Assembly: GCF_006345805.1 (NCBI RefSeq)
Contig: NW_021826721.1
Span: 1 to 12,095 of the forward strand
Length of the DNA: 12,095 nucleotides
Direction of reading: 5' to 3'
From: Octopus sinensis
Lineage: Eukaryota
This document shows, in pieces, positions 9,051 to 12,095 of this stretch. The translations under genes and the position numbers were made by a program. The notes under the pieces were generated by a model. The model did no database searches, was not told where the DNA came from, and worked only from the letters and a program-made list of their open reading frames with translations. Numbering within the stretch: the stretch's first letter is position 1; every line of letters begins with the position of its first letter.

Positions 9051-9111
9051 GTTTATATATGTGTGTATGTTTGTGTGTATGTAGTAATTTTATTAAAAAA
9101 ATTATGATGGG

Positions 9112-9190
9112 TTGGGGTCGGTCCGATCGATAAGAACCGCATAAGGCGATGCTCCAGCATGGCCGAAGTCTAATGACTAAAAATAGTAAC
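9112..9190 (+). mobile_element. SINE 3' tail fragment
   Basis: tggggtcg...aaggcgatgctccagcatggcc...aatgactaaa resembles the tail at 7265-7317. Confidence 0.5.
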
Positions 9191-9204
9191 TGAAATAACA
9201 GTTT

Positions 9205-9383
9205 ATAAGGACATAAGAATTTAAGAATATAAGATTATAATAATATGATAATATAGGATTATAAGAGCATAAGAATATAAGAATATAAGAATATAAGAAT
9301 ATAGGAACATAAGATTATAAGAATAAACGAATATAAGATTATAAAATTATCAGAATATAAAAATATAAGATAATGAGAATATA
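9205..9383. repeat. Imperfect 8-bp tandem repeat (ATAAGAAT)n
   Basis: About 20 degenerate units (ataagaat, ataagatt, ataggaac and similar). Confidence 0.9.
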
Positions 9384-9388
9384 CATAC

Positions 9389-9952
9389 TACAGGTTAACT
9401 TTCTCAGTTCCGTTCTAACGGTTTTCAACAGGGAGTATTTATCTACCATGAAAACATAATCGTTTCTACCAGTGATTGTAAGCAATTCTTTCTTTGAAGC
9501 ATCTTTTCCCACACCAATGGCGAATATCAGTATTCCTTCCTTCCTCATCTTCATCGCTTGTTCTGCTGTCTTATTCGGCGCCGTCGATTGTCCATCTGTG
9601 ATCACAATAGCTATTTTCTTAATATCAGGTCGGGCATCTTTGAATATTATTCCATGAGCATATTTGATGGCTAAATATGTTTCTGTGCTGTCACCGTCAT
9701 CAGGTTTGAAATCAATATTGGATATGCCATTTTTCAGTTGATCTTTACTGGCGTACTGGGTCAGACCGAAAGTGTTATCCTTAATAATCTTATCACCAAA
9801 CGTTACAGCACCAAATCGCATACCATTCTTTCCGATTTCAAAATGATCTACAAAACTTTTCAGAAATGTTATCTGTTCTTTGAAAGCAGTCGGGTGAATA
9901 CTGCGAGAGCCATCAATTATGAACACAATCTCAGCTCGCGCGTTCTTACAAT
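9389..9952 (-). CDS. Internal exon encoding a complete VWA domain (collagen VI/matrilin-like extracellular protein)
   Basis: Polypyrimidine tract plus acceptor ttcttcag| at 9953-9954; donor A|GTATGT at 9388-9383; 564 bp, phase 1-1. Translation xCKNARAEIVFIIDGSRSI...FGAVTFG...DSTETYLAI...KKIAIVITDGQS...IFAIGVG...KLTC shows the MIDAS DxSxS, T and D residues and flanking Cys typical of VWA domains. Confidence 0.93.
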
Positions 9953-10019
9953 CTGAAGAAAAAGAAAAGAAGAAAAAAATTAATCTTCAATATTGACAGC
10001 TATTTTTAGCGGAAGTGCT

Positions 10020-10155
10020 TAACTGCTCTTATTTTATCGACCCCAAGAGGCGAAGTCGACGAAATTTGAATTCAGAATATAAAGATGGACGAAAGGCCAT
10101 AGAGGTTGTATGCATGCCGTCCTTCACGGTAACGATTCTCTCAGCTGGCCGCGTT
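10020..10155 (-). mobile_element. Diverged copy of the same SINE family
   Basis: Shares ttttatcgacccc, aagtcgac, aatttgaa-tcag and taacgattct with 10180-10405. Confidence 0.65.
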
Positions 10156-10179
10156 AATGATACCACTGCTAATAATGAT

Positions 10180-10405
10180 CATTTCTAATATAGGCACAAG
10201 GCCTGCAGTTTTGGTGGGGGGAGGGTTGAAGTCGATAACATCGACCCCAATACTCAACTTGTACTTATTTTATCCCCCCCCCGGCCCCTGAAAGGATGAA
10301 ACACAAAATCGACCTCGGCGGAATTTGAACTCAAAACGTAGCAGCAGACGAAACACCGCTAAGCATTTGGCCGGCATCCTAACCACTCTGCCAGCTCGCC
10401 ACCTT
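10180..10405 (-). mobile_element. tRNA-derived SINE, near full length
   Basis: Minus-strand head AAGGTGGCGAGC-TGGCAGAGTGG (A box, 10393-10383) and GAGTTCAAATTCC (B box, 10332-10320), followed by a TTTCATCCTTTC...GATAAAATAAGTAC...GGGGTCGAT body shared with other copies in the window. Confidence 0.85.
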
Positions 10406-10407
10406 AA

Positions 10408-10481
<74 letters not shown>

Positions 10482-10539
10482 TGATGATGATGAATATTAT
10501 AATCAGAAAGAGCTTTTAAGCACAGGTATGGATGGTATC

Positions 10540-10810
10540 TAGACCAAGACGTTCGGCCTACTTTATTTTATCGACCCCGGAGAAATAAAATGCAACGGTG
10601 ACCTCTGTGGGATCAAGGCTTGAAGAAATGAAACAAATACCAGAAGGTATTTTGTCTGACGTTCTACCGAGTGTGCCCATCTACCACCAAGTCGACATAT
10701 TATGAGGAATGAAGCTAGAGTCGATTTCAGCAAACTAACCCCAGCACCTGGTTGTTACTGTATTATATCATCAGTAAATCCCAGTGGTATTCGAACCCAC
10801 TTCCTAAAGG
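10540..10810 (-). mobile_element. Further diverged SINE copies/fragments of the same family
   Basis: tattttatcgaccccgga...gacctc...aaatacc...attttgtctgacgttctacc; a second fragment reads agtcgatttcagc...ccccagcacctggt...ggtattcgaacc. Confidence 0.55.
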
Positions 10811-11314
10811 TTTCTAGCAAAGGGCATGTTTCTGTGTTACTCTATCATCATTGCGTTTTCACTACCACCAAGAAGTGAGCAGTAATTCGGTCAGAGGCAA
10901 AGGTTTCGTTTTTATGTTGAAGCTTCATCAGATAACGAAAGACAACTTGTTAGGGACTTTAAAGGTGAAACCAATCCTCATGTACTGCTGCAGCCGGAAG
11001 AAGCAACAACACAGGACACCAAGTTTATATTCAGTCCTGAAATAGGTTCAAACCTTTGCAATAGAGTCGACTCCGTTTATTAGGTTTCGGATCGGAGTAG
11101 AACGTAGTGAACGATAAAATCACCAACTAAGGTTGGGTTCCTCGACTTCTTTTCCAACTAATGCCTCTTGACTTCTATCAACACTTTTTCAACAACCACC
11201 CTTGCTACGCTTCAACAAAACTGAATACGTCACATGTACACGTGTGTGTATAAATATATGTGTGTGTGTGTAGGTATCTACTTATCTATCTATATCCACA
11301 CACACACACATATG

Positions 11315-11350
<36 letters not shown>

Positions 11351-11373
11351 AATATATATATATATATTCTATA

Positions 11374-11700
11374 TATATAATATAATTCGAGACAAAACCA
11401 CTATTTTTAAAACCAAACAAGGAAAGACTTATCAATACATAAAATTTTAATATAAATTAAATAAACTTTTTTAGAAGATCGAAAATCCACCTGAAGATTG
11501 TCGGTAGCAGACATGAAACAATTGTAGTGGCGGTTTATTTAATTATATTAAAATTTTATGTATTGATTAGTCTTTCCTTGTTTGGTTTTAAAATAGTGAT
11601 TTTGTCTCGAATTATATTATATAATATTTTACTATAAAATTGGATTTAACCCTAATCTGATTTTTCCCTGTAATTTTGGATTCATTCCCTAATATTTATT

Positions 11701-11707
<7 letters not shown>
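11374..11707 (+). mobile_element. Non-coding Penelope-like pseudo-LTR remnant with a 5' inverted segment, inserted in (TA)n
   Basis: Inverted arms 11374-11466 and 11533-11623 (few mismatches) enclose a hammerhead motif; the right copy continues ~85 bp to (TA)n; (TA)n on both flanks. Confidence 0.75.
11487..11530 (+). ncRNA. Minimal type I hammerhead ribozyme motif with canonical core
   Basis: CCAC / CTGAAGA / T-TGTC-GGTAGCA-GACA-T / GAAAC-AATT-GTA / GTGG: perfect 4-bp stem I, CUGANGA and GAAA boxes, 4-bp stem II (U.U at its base), palindromic stem III ACAATTGT. Predicted cleavage after 11526. Confidence 0.8.
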
Positions 11708-11748
<41 letters not shown>

Positions 11749-11749
11749 A

Positions 11750-11786
<37 letters not shown>

Positions 11787-11952
11787 TATAATATATATAC
11801 AGCACGCCCCAACCTAACACTATTTACACCCTAAAAATGAGAAGAACTGAAGCATTTCAATAAAAGAAATTATATATTACCATCCCATTCATATTTTTCG
11901 CCTGAAAAGATAGAAAAGGAACATACATGAATGTCATAAATTCATAAAAGTG

Positions 11953-11953
<1 letters not shown>

Positions 11954-12022
<69 letters not shown>

Positions 12023-12044
12023 TAGATAGATAGATAGAACAGAC

Positions 12045-12095
<51 letters not shown>
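11954..12095. repeat. (GATA)n tetranucleotide microsatellite
   Basis: Directly visible, runs to the window end. Confidence 0.98.

Noticed and set aside
9205-9383. CRISPR-like or other prokaryotic repeat array
   Set aside because: Contiguous 8-bp units with no unique spacers, in eukaryotic intronic context.
9339-9926. 195-aa ORF as a standalone single-exon gene
   Set aside because: It starts at GTG inside the domain and its tail (MYILIILYFYILIIL) is intronic minisatellite; splice sites define 9389-9952 instead.
10320-10405. tRNA gene suggested by A and B boxes
   Set aside because: No cloverleaf; it continues into a repeated SINE body present in several copies.
10895-10937. Minus-strand CTGATGA...GAAAC spacing resembling a hammerhead
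   Set aside because: Stem II barely pairs, there is no NUH triplet (GCC) and no stem I complementarity.

Overview
AT-rich, microsatellite-dense eukaryotic genomic DNA; the SINE families and repeat landscape look like Octopus/coleoid cephalopod (recognition, not verified). The window lies inside a minus-strand, intron-rich gene for a multi-VWA (von Willebrand factor A) domain protein (collagen VI/matrilin-like). Three exons have canonical splice sites, all phase 1: 9389-9952 (complete VWA domain, intact MIDAS), and 2717-2883 plus 1757-2128 (one divergent VWA domain; 2717-2883 carries a 1-bp frameshift). The introns hold tRNA-derived SINEs, a 5'-truncated R4/Dong-type LINE inserted in (TAA)n, and Penelope-like element (PLE) remnants inserted in (TA)n. 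The most notable signal is a set of minimal type I hammerhead ribozyme motifs in the PLE pseudo-LTRs. One has a canonical core and sits at the centre of a ~92-bp inverted repeat (11487-11530). Two are inverted copies of a U3-A8 compensatory core variant (5642-5681 minus, 6623-6658 plus) flanking a decayed GIY-YIG endonuclease ORF. Degenerate relics also occur. PLE hammerheads are a known phenomenon, so this is an unusual instance rather than a wholly new system. Most ORFs in the supplied track are microsatellite artefacts.
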